Shown here in pieces: positions 1-11,398 of a stretch of 64,000 nt of DNA. Below the pieces are notes generated by a model. That model did no database searches. It was not told where the DNA came from and saw only the letters and a list, made by a program, of their open reading frames with translations. Every line of letters starts with the position of its first letter. Within the stretch, counting starts at the first letter, position 1. The position numbers and the translations under genes are program-made. Source of the DNA: Thermoplasmatota archaeon (GTDB lineage Archaea; Thermoplasmatota; JAKEGO01); NCBI GenBank assembly GCA_028279595.1, contig JANQNK010000003.1:92404-156403 (forward strand), written 5' to 3'.

Positions 1-1099
1 ATGTGCACATGAGTATCCCCCTCGATGTCCGTCCGAGGCCATGCCCGCTCCTTCCGATCCGCTGGGTGAACCGGCTCACCTGTCTCGGCGAATTGTACTG
101 GATGACAGTATCGATGGACCCGATGTCGATGCCGAGCTCCAGCGATGAGGTGCAGATCAGCGCCTTCAGCTCACCCGCCTTGAACGAATCCTCCATCGAC
201 TCCCTTATCTCTTTCGACAGGGACCCGTGGTGAACGCCCACCTCCTCCCGGCCGAGCATCGCGATCCGGCTGGCCATCCCCTCGGCGGCCTCGCGGGTGT
301 TAACGAAGATCAGCATCGAGTTGGAGGTGTCGATGTAATCGAGGATCCTCCGGATGGCTCCTGCGAGTTCGGGCGAACAGGACAGCTTCACCGCCATCCT
401 GCGGTCCTCACGGGAGGGTTTGACCAGGTGGAGGGAGATGTCGACATTCTTGGGCATGGGCACCTTGACGATGGTCGCCTCGTGCGGTCCGGCGAGGAAG
501 TCGGCCACCTCCCGCGGGTTCGACACGGTGGCCGATATCCCGATCCTCTGGAACCCCGGAGCATACCTCTCGAGACGTTCCAGTCCGATGGACATCTGCG
601 CTCCTCGCTCGTCGGAAGCGAGTTCATGGATCTCGTCCACGACGACGAACCTGACGTTCGAGAGCATCTCGCGCAGGCGCGAGCCAGTGAGCATCACCTG
701 GAGCGTCTCCGGCGTCGTTATCAGCATGTGCGGGGGCTTCCTGACCTGCTTGGCCCTCTCGCTCTGTGTGGTGTCGCCGTGCCTGACGGCGACCTTGATC
801 CCCAGCTCATCGCCCCACGATTCGAATCGCTGGAGCATGTCCCTGTTCAAAGCCCTCAACGGGGTTATGTACAGGAAACAGACCGGATCCGGGTTGTCCT
901 CGAGGATCCTGTGAAAGATCGGAAGGACGGCAGATTCCGTCTTGCCGACACCCGTCGGCGCGACAACGAGGACATTGTCGCCTTCCATTATCCTCGGTAT
1001 AGCCTTCGTCTGGATGTCGGACGGTGCGTCGATACCCGCTTCGTCGAGAAGTCGCAGCAGTTCGGGACGGAGCCCCCTGAACCCATTCTCTTCAGACAT
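1..1099 (-). CDS. lhr: Lhr-like DEAD/DEAH-box ATP-dependent helicase, N-terminal ~366 aa (3' end runs off the window)
   Basis: Not in the ORF track because no stop lies in the window. Reverse-strand translation from ATG at 1099: MSEENGFRGLRPELLRLLDEAGIDAPSDIQTKAIP...VVAPTGVGKTESA (Walker A)...YITPLRALNRD...VRHGDT...ITTPETLQ...VVVDEIHEL (DExH)...ISATV...QRIGRSGH (motif VI). Track ORF 227..1327 (+) is its antisense shadow. Confidence 0.85.
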   Translation of the reverse strand, partial: MSEENGFRGLRPELLRLLDEAGIDAPSDIQTKAIPRIMEGDNVLVVAPTGVGKTESAVLPIFHRILEDNPDPVCFLYITPLRALNRDMLQRFESWGDELGIKVAVRHGDTTQSERAKQVRKPPHMLITTPETLQVMLTGSRLREMLSNVRFVVVDEIHELASDERGAQMSIGLERLERYAPGFQRIGISATVSNPREVADFLAGPHEATIVKVPMPKNVDISLHLVKPSREDRRMAVKLSCSPELAGAIRRILDYIDTSNSMLIFVNTREAAEGMASRIAMLGREEVGVHHGSLSKEIRESMEDSFKAGELKALICTSSLELGIDIGSIDTVIQYNSPRQVSRFTQRIGRSGHGLGRTSRGILMCT

Positions 1100-1120
1100 C
1101 TCCGCTCCCTTCCGGGGCTC

Positions 1121-2200
1121 TCACGCCCTCCTTCCGTACTTGAACATGATGTTGCAGCTGCCCTCCGAAGAGACCATGCACGGTCCAACTGGAGAGGTCG
1201 GCTGGCACGCGCTGCCGAAAAGACCACATTCCGAAGGCTCCATGACCCCCCGGAGGACCTCGCCGCACTGACAGCCAGGTGGTTCAGGGTACTCATCCTC
1301 AAGGTCCGAGAGCCGGTCCTCGAATAGAAGCCTGGCATTGTGATCGTCGAACTCCTCACGAGGTTCCAGACCACTTCCAGGGATGACTGGGAAACCCCGC
1401 CATTTCACGTCCGAAGCCAGGAAGACCCGGTCGATGATCTCGCGGGCCTTTGCATTGCCGTCCTCCTTCACCAGGCGGTCGTAGACGTTCACGACCTTAG
1501 CCTCGCCGTCCGCGACCATCTTCGCCAGTACGTAGGTCCCCATGAGAAGGTCCAGGGGTTCGAAGCCGGCGACGACCTGCGGGATCCCGTACTTCTCGGT
1601 CAATGGATAGTAGATGCTGAGGCCGGTTATCGTGCTCACGTGGCCGGGTTCGATGAGTCCGTCCAGGTTTAGCTCCCCCGAGGAAAGGATGCCGTCAAGA
1701 GCCGCGGGAACCGTCCTGTTGCAGGAGAGGATCGACATGTTCTCCGGTATCCCCCGTGCGATCGTGGCCGCAGCCGTCGGGGCTGTCGTCTCGAATCCCA
1801 CTGAAAGGAACACGACCTCCTTGTCGGGGAGGTTCTTGGCGAGCTCCACCGACTCGTTGATGCTGTAGACGACACGAACGTCGCCCCCTTTCGCCCGCAT
1901 CTGCTGAAGCGAGGAATCGAGCGAGGGAACAGCTGCCATGTCTCCAAAGGTGGTGAGGATGGAACCCCCCATCGCGATAGCCTTCGCCTCCTCTATCTCG
2001 CGAGGCGTCGTCACGCAGACCGGACAGCCAGGCCCCTGGAGGATCCTGACGCCAGTGTCCGCGAAGAGCGAGTCCAGACCGTGCCGGACGAGCGTGTCCT
2101 GATGCGTCCCGCACACGTGCATGAACTGCACGTTGACGTCGAGAGCCTTCAGTTTCTCGACTATCTGCGAGGCCATCTCTCGGTCCCTGAGCTCGAACAT
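1121..2200 (-). CDS. hypD: [NiFe]-hydrogenase maturation protein HypD
   Basis: 359 aa with HypD motifs: MHVCGTHQD, GPGCPVCVTT, GFETTAPT, PGCQCGEVLRG. Confidence 0.9.
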   Translation of the reverse strand: MFELRDREMASQIVEKLKALDVNVQFMHVCGTHQDTLVRHGLDSLFADTGVRILQGPGCPVCVTTPREIEEAKAIAMGGSILTTFGDMAAVPSLDSSLQQMRAKGGDVRVVYSINESVELAKNLPDKEVVFLSVGFETTAPTAAATIARGIPENMSILSCNRTVPAALDGILSSGELNLDGLIEPGHVSTITGLSIYYPLTEKYGIPQVVAGFEPLDLLMGTYVLAKMVADGEAKVVNVYDRLVKEDGNAKAREIIDRVFLASDVKWRGFPVIPGSGLEPREEFDDHNARLLFEDRLSDLEDEYPEPPGCQCGEVLRGVMEPSECGLFGSACQPTSPVGPCMVSSEGSCNIMFKYGRRA

Positions 2201-2252
2201 GTCGTCGCAAGTAGGGCGATGTTAGAAATAGGTTCTGGTTGAAAAACGAGGG

Positions 2253-2813
2253 TCAAGGCTTTGGAAGCGGAAGCCGTCCGTATGCCTTGTTGACCTCGCG
2301 GTTGACAAGGACGAAGTCTGCTTCATCCGTGCACGGCCCCGATTGACCACAATCCCTCATCCATATCTCATCTCCGGAAGAGAGCGACCCATCACCATCG
2401 ACGTCGACGAAGACGATGAACAGCGTGATGTTCCTGTTCCTCAGACCATCCGGGTCCCTAGAATGGAAATAATCACCGAACGTAAGGTTGGATGCGTTGA
2501 AGGCAGCTTGACTGAACGCAGCGTCGTCCAGGTCTCCCATCATTGGTACCGGGAATCCCGACGGATCATCGATCTTCGGAAGACAGTCCCTCGGACCATC
2601 GACCCCGAATGATACGTTCGAGGCATTGATGGTCCGGATCGCATCGACCTTGATCCTCCAGGTCTCGTTGAAAGTCGTGAGATGCCATTCAATGTAGGTA
2701 GGGCCCAGTTCATCCGATCCAGTATCGAACAGGCTGTTCAAGTAGGGTGCGGTGAGGATTAAGGCTAGCAACACTATCCCTGCAATGGGTTCGATCGGTG
2801 GAAATTCCTTCAT
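2253..2813 (-). CDS. Membrane-anchored pilin-like-domain protein, divergent member of the tandem paralog array
   Basis: 186 aa. N-terminal TM (IAGIVLLALILTAPYL). C-terminal blocks shared with the next four genes: YFHSRDP, IVFVDVDGDGSLSSGDEIW, ...YGRLPLP. Confidence 0.7.
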   Translation of the reverse strand: MKEFPPIEPIAGIVLLALILTAPYLNSLFDTGSDELGPTYIEWHLTTFNETWRIKVDAIRTINASNVSFGVDGPRDCLPKIDDPSGFPVPMMGDLDDAAFSQAAFNASNLTFGDYFHSRDPDGLRNRNITLFIVFVDVDGDGSLSSGDEIWMRDCGQSGPCTDEADFVLVNREVNKAYGRLPLPKP

Positions 2814-2875
2814 AGAACAACCTCTTGTTTATCTATATTCGAACGTATTGACATCATCGGATAAGAGGTCTTGTG

Positions 2876-3550
2876 TCAAACACCTGGTAAAACCAATTCG
2901 CCATACGAATCCCCACGCTTCTCATTGACCATCCTGAACCTGAAGTCCTCGTCGGCTGGCCCCCCATTTTCAACCGATCTGATCCTGATGATGTCCCCGG
3001 CAGAAAGCTTTCCATCCGCGTTCACATCCATGTAAACGATCGCAAGTGTATGGTTTTGAGAGGCCGGCGGAGATCCAGCCGGGTCCCTTGAATAGAACCT
3101 ATTGTGTGGTGTGATGTCGGCGTCATTGTAATCGATCTGACTGAAGTTGATATCGATCAGGTCCCCCTCCATTCGGATGTTCTCATCCGAAGGATCGTCC
3201 CAGACGGTCACGAGCCTATTAAGGTTCAAGATCGACCAACTGACCTCATCGAGGGATTCAGATTTTACGTCGATGATCTCGATGATGTAATTGTCACCTT
3301 CGACACTGACCCTCCAGGCGATCGTGGTGACACCACGACAGCCAGGATCTAAATCTGGATCATTCGATGTAAATGCCATCCATCCCACCGTAAGAATAAC
3401 GATCAGTACGATGGTTATCGCCACCGCTACATTGATCGGATCTGGTCTCTTGACAGGTCTCCGGTATGGTGGTCGCTGCCAGTCTTCACCGTAGGGCGAA
3501 ATGGGTCCTGGTCTCGGTCTTCGTTTCATCGGTGGACTCCTGTCATCCAT
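2876..3550 (-). CDS. Membrane-anchored pilin-like-domain protein (paralog array member)
   Basis: 224 aa. Arg/Pro-rich N-terminus, one TM (VAVAITIVLIVILTVGWMAF). Then TTIAWRVSVEGDNYIIEII, RFYSRDP, VYMDVNADGKLSAGDIIRIRS, EDFRFRMVNEK, YGELVLPGV. Confidence 0.75.
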   Translation of the reverse strand: MDDRSPPMKRRPRPGPISPYGEDWQRPPYRRPVKRPDPINVAVAITIVLIVILTVGWMAFTSNDPDLDPGCRGVTTIAWRVSVEGDNYIIEIIDVKSESLDEVSWSILNLNRLVTVWDDPSDENIRMEGDLIDINFSQIDYNDADITPHNRFYSRDPAGSPPASQNHTLAIVYMDVNADGKLSAGDIIRIRSVENGGPADEDFRFRMVNEKRGDSYGELVLPGV

Positions 3551-3558
3551 CTTATCAC

Positions 3559-4164
3559 CTAAACTCCCGGTAATACCAGTTCGCCGTAAGCATCTTTCGG
3601 CTTCTCGTTAACCATCCTGAACCTGAAGTCCTCGTCGGCCACCCCGCCCTTCTTCACTGATCTTATCCAGACTTCATCACCGCTGTCCATCTTGTCATTA
3701 TCGTTCTTGTCGACGAAGACCACACACAGTGTTGAATTCTTGTTGACGGGAGGATCACCTGAAGGATCCCTTGAGTAGAACCTCGTACCATTTGTAGTCG
3801 TGGCAATGTCGAAGTCCGTTTGATGGTACTTGATATCGCTAAGGTCCCCCTCCATGCTCAAATTCTCACCTGATGGGTCCTGCCAGGTGGTCTTTAATCG
3901 ATTCAGATCCAGAATGGACCAGCTAACATCGGATGAATCCTGAGGTTCAACGTCGATGATCTCGATCAAATAGTTGCCATCCTCCACTGATACCTGCCAA
4001 GCAATTGTACAGGTACCACCCTGAGATCCCGTATAATTATAATCAAAATAATAATACCAGATCATCGTGGCTGCGACAATGATTGTAACGGATATGCAGA
4101 TCACTGCGAATACCTGGATGGGATCCAAGTTCCCTCCCGTCTCCAACGGTCTCATCTTTGCCAT
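3559..4164 (-). CDS. Membrane-anchored pilin-like-domain protein (paralog array member)
   Basis: 201 aa. TM (VFAVICISVTIIVAATMIWYYYF), CTIAWQVSVEDGNYLIEII, RFYSRDP, VFVDKNDNDKMDSGDEVWIRS, EDFRFRMVNEK, YGELVLPGV. Confidence 0.75.
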   Translation of the reverse strand: MAKMRPLETGGNLDPIQVFAVICISVTIIVAATMIWYYYFDYNYTGSQGGTCTIAWQVSVEDGNYLIEIIDVEPQDSSDVSWSILDLNRLKTTWQDPSGENLSMEGDLSDIKYHQTDFDIATTTNGTRFYSRDPSGDPPVNKNSTLCVVFVDKNDNDKMDSGDEVWIRSVKKGGVADEDFRFRMVNEKPKDAYGELVLPGV

Positions 4165-4173
4165 ATCCTCACC

Positions 4174-4855
4174 TCAAACAGATGGCAATACCAATTCACC
4201 ATACGCATACCCAACCTTCTCATTGACCATCCTGAACCTGAAGTCCTCCTCACCATATCCGTCGTTGCTCGATGACCTTATCCAGATGACATCCCCACTA
4301 CTTAGTTTTCCGTCCGAGTTCACGTCCATATATACAATTACAAGGGTTTGGTTCCTAGTCACTGGTGGATCCCCAACAGGCTCCCTTGAATAGAATTTTG
4401 TCGTATTCCGTCACGTCAGCCCGATCATAGTCACTTTCTGTAAAATTGATGTCGATCAGATCCCCTTCCATTCTGATCAGTTCATTGGATGGGTCCTCCC
4501 ATCCTCCATAAATTCGAGTTAGATCCAAGATCGTCCAACCGACCTCGTCGAGCGGCCGTGACTCGACATCGATTATCTCTATGAGATAGTTGCCATCATG
4601 GACTTCAACCCGCCAAGCGATTGGTGTACAATTACAAGAATCACCTGCGAATGATTGCGCCCAGACGTATATTGTCGCCAGAACGACGAGGATAATTATC
4701 GTTACAGCGATCAGAACCACTATGACCTTCCTATTGCTCGCCTTCTGCGTGATCGGTCCATCGTACATCGAAGCCCGTTTCCAATTTTTATCCTTCGGAT
4801 GTATGGGTCCCGGCCGTCGTTTGAGCGGTGGTCTGGCCCGGGTCATGACGGGCAC
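4174..4855 (-). pseudogene. Frameshifted member of the pilin-like paralog array (track ORFs 4355..4855 and 4174..4362 are its two halves)
   Basis: The upstream half ends ...DRADVTEYDKILFKGACWGSTSD*. Shifting frame at the A4 run (T4 on + strand, 4396-4399) restores ...TEYDKFYSREPVGDPPVTRNQTLVIVYMDVNSDGKLSSGDVIWIRS...EDFRFRMVNEK..YGELVLPSV, colinear with the intact paralogs. Confidence 0.8.
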
Positions 4856-5160
4856 CTCTCCATTAAGTCATTGCGGGACCTCCAGCTGCGCTGAAAGTAA
4901 GAGCCCGGGCGATCCAGGTGTATGCAACCGCCAACAAAAAAAGGTGGTGAGGTGAACAAGACGGCTATCATCGGACTGCTGTTCCCTCTTCGCCCTCGGG
5001 GTCCTCGCGTGTGCGGCCTGGGTCCTACTCGCCAGTACGTGGTCGTGTGCCTTTTTCCGCGAGAACTTCCCTTCAAGGCTGCCTGCTCATCCTGCCTCAT
5101 GGGAGGTCCCGTTTTTATTACAAACTCGGTGTATTAATAATTAATCGAGGGAAATGTCAT

Positions 5161-5772
5161 TCAGGTCGGTGGTAGAGTAATGTCGCCGATCGCTTCCCCC
5201 CTCGATTCATCGATCAATCGGAACCGGTAGTCCTCGTCGGCCGCTCCGCCGTTGTCCATCGACCTTATCCATATGACATCCCCGCTCCCGATCCGGTGGT
5301 CCCCGTCGACATCCATGAAGACGATGCAAAGCGTAACATTCGTGCTCTTTGGTGGGTCCCCGACGGGTTCTCGTGAATAGAATGTGTTGTATGGCCGGGT
5401 ATCGGCGGTGTCGTAATCGGACTGTACGAAATTGATATCGTCCAATCCTCCTTCGATTCTGATAGACTCTCCGTCCGGGTCGTCCCAGTTGGCCACCAGA
5501 AAGTTGATATTGAGGACGGTGAACCCGACATCATCGAGGTCCATGGGATCGAATTGTATGATCTCCACGATGTAATTGTCTCCCTCTACAGAGACCATCC
5601 ATGCTATCGTTGTAACCTCGCCATTGTCGCCGTACCCGCCATCGGAAGGATCCCCGTCTCCGCCGTCCATCCAGAAATAATAGAGAGCTCCCAGGGCTAT
5701 CCCGGTGATGATGTATGCGACGATCAGTATCCCTGCTGTCGAAGCGATCACGTCGTCCCTTAACCTGAACAT
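5161..5772 (-). CDS. Membrane-anchored pilin-like-domain protein (paralog array member)
   Basis: 203 aa. Short N-terminus plus TM (TAGILIVAYIITGIALGALYYFW), TTIAWMVSVEGDNYIVEII, TFYSREP, VFMDVDGDHRIGSGDVIWIRS, EDYRFRLIDES. Confidence 0.75.
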   Translation of the reverse strand: MFRLRDDVIASTAGILIVAYIITGIALGALYYFWMDGGDGDPSDGGYGDNGEVTTIAWMVSVEGDNYIVEIIQFDPMDLDDVGFTVLNINFLVANWDDPDGESIRIEGGLDDINFVQSDYDTADTRPYNTFYSREPVGDPPKSTNVTLCIVFMDVDGDHRIGSGDVIWIRSMDNGGAADEDYRFRLIDESRGEAIGDITLPPT

Positions 5773-5820
5773 ATCGGTCCCTGGAGAATGGAAAGACCTG
5801 GTTTCCTAAAAGGATTTTCC

Positions 5821-6081
5821 TCATACGTACTTCTTGCAGTATTCGCAGAACCAGGATACGAACTCGTCGTCGAAAGTGACCTCGTTCCCGCAATTGGGGC
5901 AGGTCCGCCCCCTGTCCTTCCTCGGGACCACCGGCTCCGTATCGATGTCGATCTCGATGTTCGGCAACGATGGAACTATCCCTGGAAGTGGCGCCCCCTC
6001 CTCGTTCCTCGCCCCGCAGACAGGGCACTTGGTTGCTCCGGCCAGTGCGGCCCCGCACTCGATGCATGATATCGGCTGCAA
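5821..6081 (-). CDS. Small double zinc-ribbon protein
   Basis: 86 aa. N-terminal CIECG..x..CPVCG. C-terminal TCPNCGNEVTFDDEFVSWFCEYCKKYV. The C-terminal motif is shared with 6144..7358 and 7406..7606. Confidence 0.65.
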   Translation of the reverse strand: MQPISCIECGAALAGATKCPVCGARNEEGAPLPGIVPSLPNIEIDIDTEPVVPRKDRGRTCPNCGNEVTFDDEFVSWFCEYCKKYV

Positions 6082-6143
6082 TCGCTCGACCTCGCGTTGT
6101 GATGGATAGGGACAACTCGCTTAAGACATTCCCGGTGGAAGGT

Positions 6144-7358
6144 TCAGATGTACTTGTAGCAGCCGTCGCACCACCAACGGTCGTACTGCTCGATATACCT
6201 CGTTTCCTTTCCACAGGTCCCGCATGTGTGATCGACGACCTGCGGTGTGCCGATATCGAAGACGTCCATGGCCGGCTCAGCGGCAGGGGCGCGTCTCGGC
6301 TCGCCGTAGGTCGCTGTCCTGTACGGGTCCTGATATTGTGGTGCATAACCCTGGGAATAGGCTGGCGCGGGTCCGGCATCCCTGTACGGATCGGGTCCCG
6401 GTCCGGCCTCCGCATACCTCTTCATCGCAATGCTCTCGGTGAGTTCGTCCTCCCCGACGGCGTTCCGGTGAAGTGCGATGCTGACAAGGAAGAAGACGGC
6501 TGACACGAAGGTCAGATACCAACCGACATCAGGTCGCCATTTCGATCCCACGTCCGCGGGGGTCCCGTCAATATCTATTGTCGCGGAGTCCTCTCCAGAG
6601 AACGACTTGTGTGGACCGTCATCGAACATGAACTCCAGCAACGGATTGTCGGTCGATCCCTCTCCCTCGACCTCATCCTCCCATGCGTTCGGATGGGATG
6701 CCATGAAATATCCAGCTGCAACGAGGGTCACGAGGACCGTAAGGATCCCCAGGATGATCGGAAGCCTCTTCAACACCAGGTTCCGACCGCCGGCCACCCC
6801 GGCAGCGATGATGAAGATCATGGTCAGGAGGCCCAGGATGACGGCACCTGTCATGATGGCCCTGGTGTTCTCGTAGACCTCCTTGACCTCCCCCGTATTG
6901 ATATCGTCCCAGTCCTGTGACTGGCTCTCGGATATTTGTTCGCCGTCGCCTGAGCCCTCGAGCCTCAACGTCATCTCCTCGAGGCTCATCTCGACGTCCA
7001 TGTCGAGCTCGACATAGACGCCTCCCTCCTCGGCCTCTATGGATATCGTCCACAGGTACCACGAGGTCCAGAACGATGCCAGGAGCAGGATGAAGGCCAG
7101 TATCGCGAAGATGGTCGCCATGGTGAACCGCTTGCTATTCTCACCGGAGAATCCGACCATCGGACGGCTCGGCCCGTATCGCGGTGGGTAGTTACCATAA
7201 CTCTGGCCATAAGGCTGTCCATACGGTTGCGAGTAGGGCCGCGACTGCGGCGACCCGCAACTCGGGCACATGGTCGCATCCCACGACAGCGGTATACCGC
7301 AGCCTGAACAGTAGCGTTCGGTGGTCTGTCCGTTGGTCAACTGGTTCCCCTCTGCCAC
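6144..7358 (-). CDS. Four-TM membrane protein flanked by N- and C-terminal zinc ribbons, with Pro/Tyr-rich repeats
   Basis: 404 aa. N-terminal CSGCG...CPSCG. PY-rich run SRPYSQPYGQPYGQSYGNYPPRYGPSRP. Four hydrophobic helices. C-terminal TCGTCGKETRYIEQYDRWWCDGCYKYI. Confidence 0.7.
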   Translation of the reverse strand: MAEGNQLTNGQTTERYCSGCGIPLSWDATMCPSCGSPQSRPYSQPYGQPYGQSYGNYPPRYGPSRPMVGFSGENSKRFTMATIFAILAFILLLASFWTSWYLWTISIEAEEGGVYVELDMDVEMSLEEMTLRLEGSGDGEQISESQSQDWDDINTGEVKEVYENTRAIMTGAVILGLLTMIFIIAAGVAGGRNLVLKRLPIILGILTVLVTLVAAGYFMASHPNAWEDEVEGEGSTDNPLLEFMFDDGPHKSFSGEDSATIDIDGTPADVGSKWRPDVGWYLTFVSAVFFLVSIALHRNAVGEDELTESIAMKRYAEAGPGPDPYRDAGPAPAYSQGYAPQYQDPYRTATYGEPRRAPAAEPAMDVFDIGTPQVVDHTCGTCGKETRYIEQYDRWWCDGCYKYI

Positions 7359-7405
7359 TTGATATCTGCTCTAATTATTAACGTTTATGGAATCCGTTGA
7401 TACGG

Positions 7406-7606
7406 TCATCCAACGTACTCCTTGCAGTTGTCGCAGTACCAGACCACGATCGACGGCACGAACCTGACGTACTTCCCGCACTTGGGGCAGGTGCGGCTGG
7501 CCTGGTTGAACTCCTCCTTCTTGGGAGCCGGGGCTGACCCGCAAGCGGGGCACGTGTCGGCGCCGACCCATGAGACGCCGCATTTCGAACACGTCGATGG
7601 TTCCAT
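7406..7606 (-). CDS. Small double zinc-ribbon protein
   Basis: 66 aa. CSKCG...CPACG, then TCPKCGKYVRFVPSIVVWYCDNCKEYVG. Paralog of 5821..6081. Confidence 0.65.
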   Translation of the reverse strand: MEPSTCSKCGVSWVGADTCPACGSAPAPKKEEFNQASRTCPKCGKYVRFVPSIVVWYCDNCKEYVG

Positions 7607-7636
7607 ACTGTTCCGAGAGAATCATTGATGGGGTAA

Positions 7637-11344
<3,708 letters not shown>

Positions 11345-11398
11345 CCGCTATCCTGGAACGTCGGTCAGGGAGACATTTCCGAAATGGTAGTGTGAGCT

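Noticed and set aside
227-1327. 366-aa plus-strand ORF at the window start
   Set aside because: It is antisense to the Lhr helicase, whose Walker A, DExH and motif VI are readable on the minus strand. Its own translation has no motifs and is Arg/Gly/Pro/Asp-rich.
2814-2875. C/D-box-like GATGATG with a flanking 7-bp complement (ACCTCTT/AAGAGGT) on the minus strand
   Set aside because: The C box is imperfect (ATGATGT) and no CUGA D box precedes the 3' arm.
4856-5160. SRP RNA, tRNA or C/D sRNA in the 305-bp spacer
   Set aside because: There is no T-loop (GTTCRANYC), no acceptor-stem complementarity, no GGAA/AGCA-type SRP domain IV motifs in register and no RUGAUGA/CUGA pair. It is left as unexplained rather than called.
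5531-6415. 294-aa minus-strand ORF spanning the end of the paralog array and the zinc-ribbon genes
   Set aside because: It overlaps three better-supported genes in other frames. Its composition is Arg/Gly/Ser/Thr/Pro junk, and it crosses two intergenic spacers.
2253-7606. Mobile-element or genomic-island boundaries around the lower-GC cluster
   Set aside because: I could find no integrase, transposase, tRNA attachment site or flanking direct repeats. The compositional difference alone is not enough to call an island.
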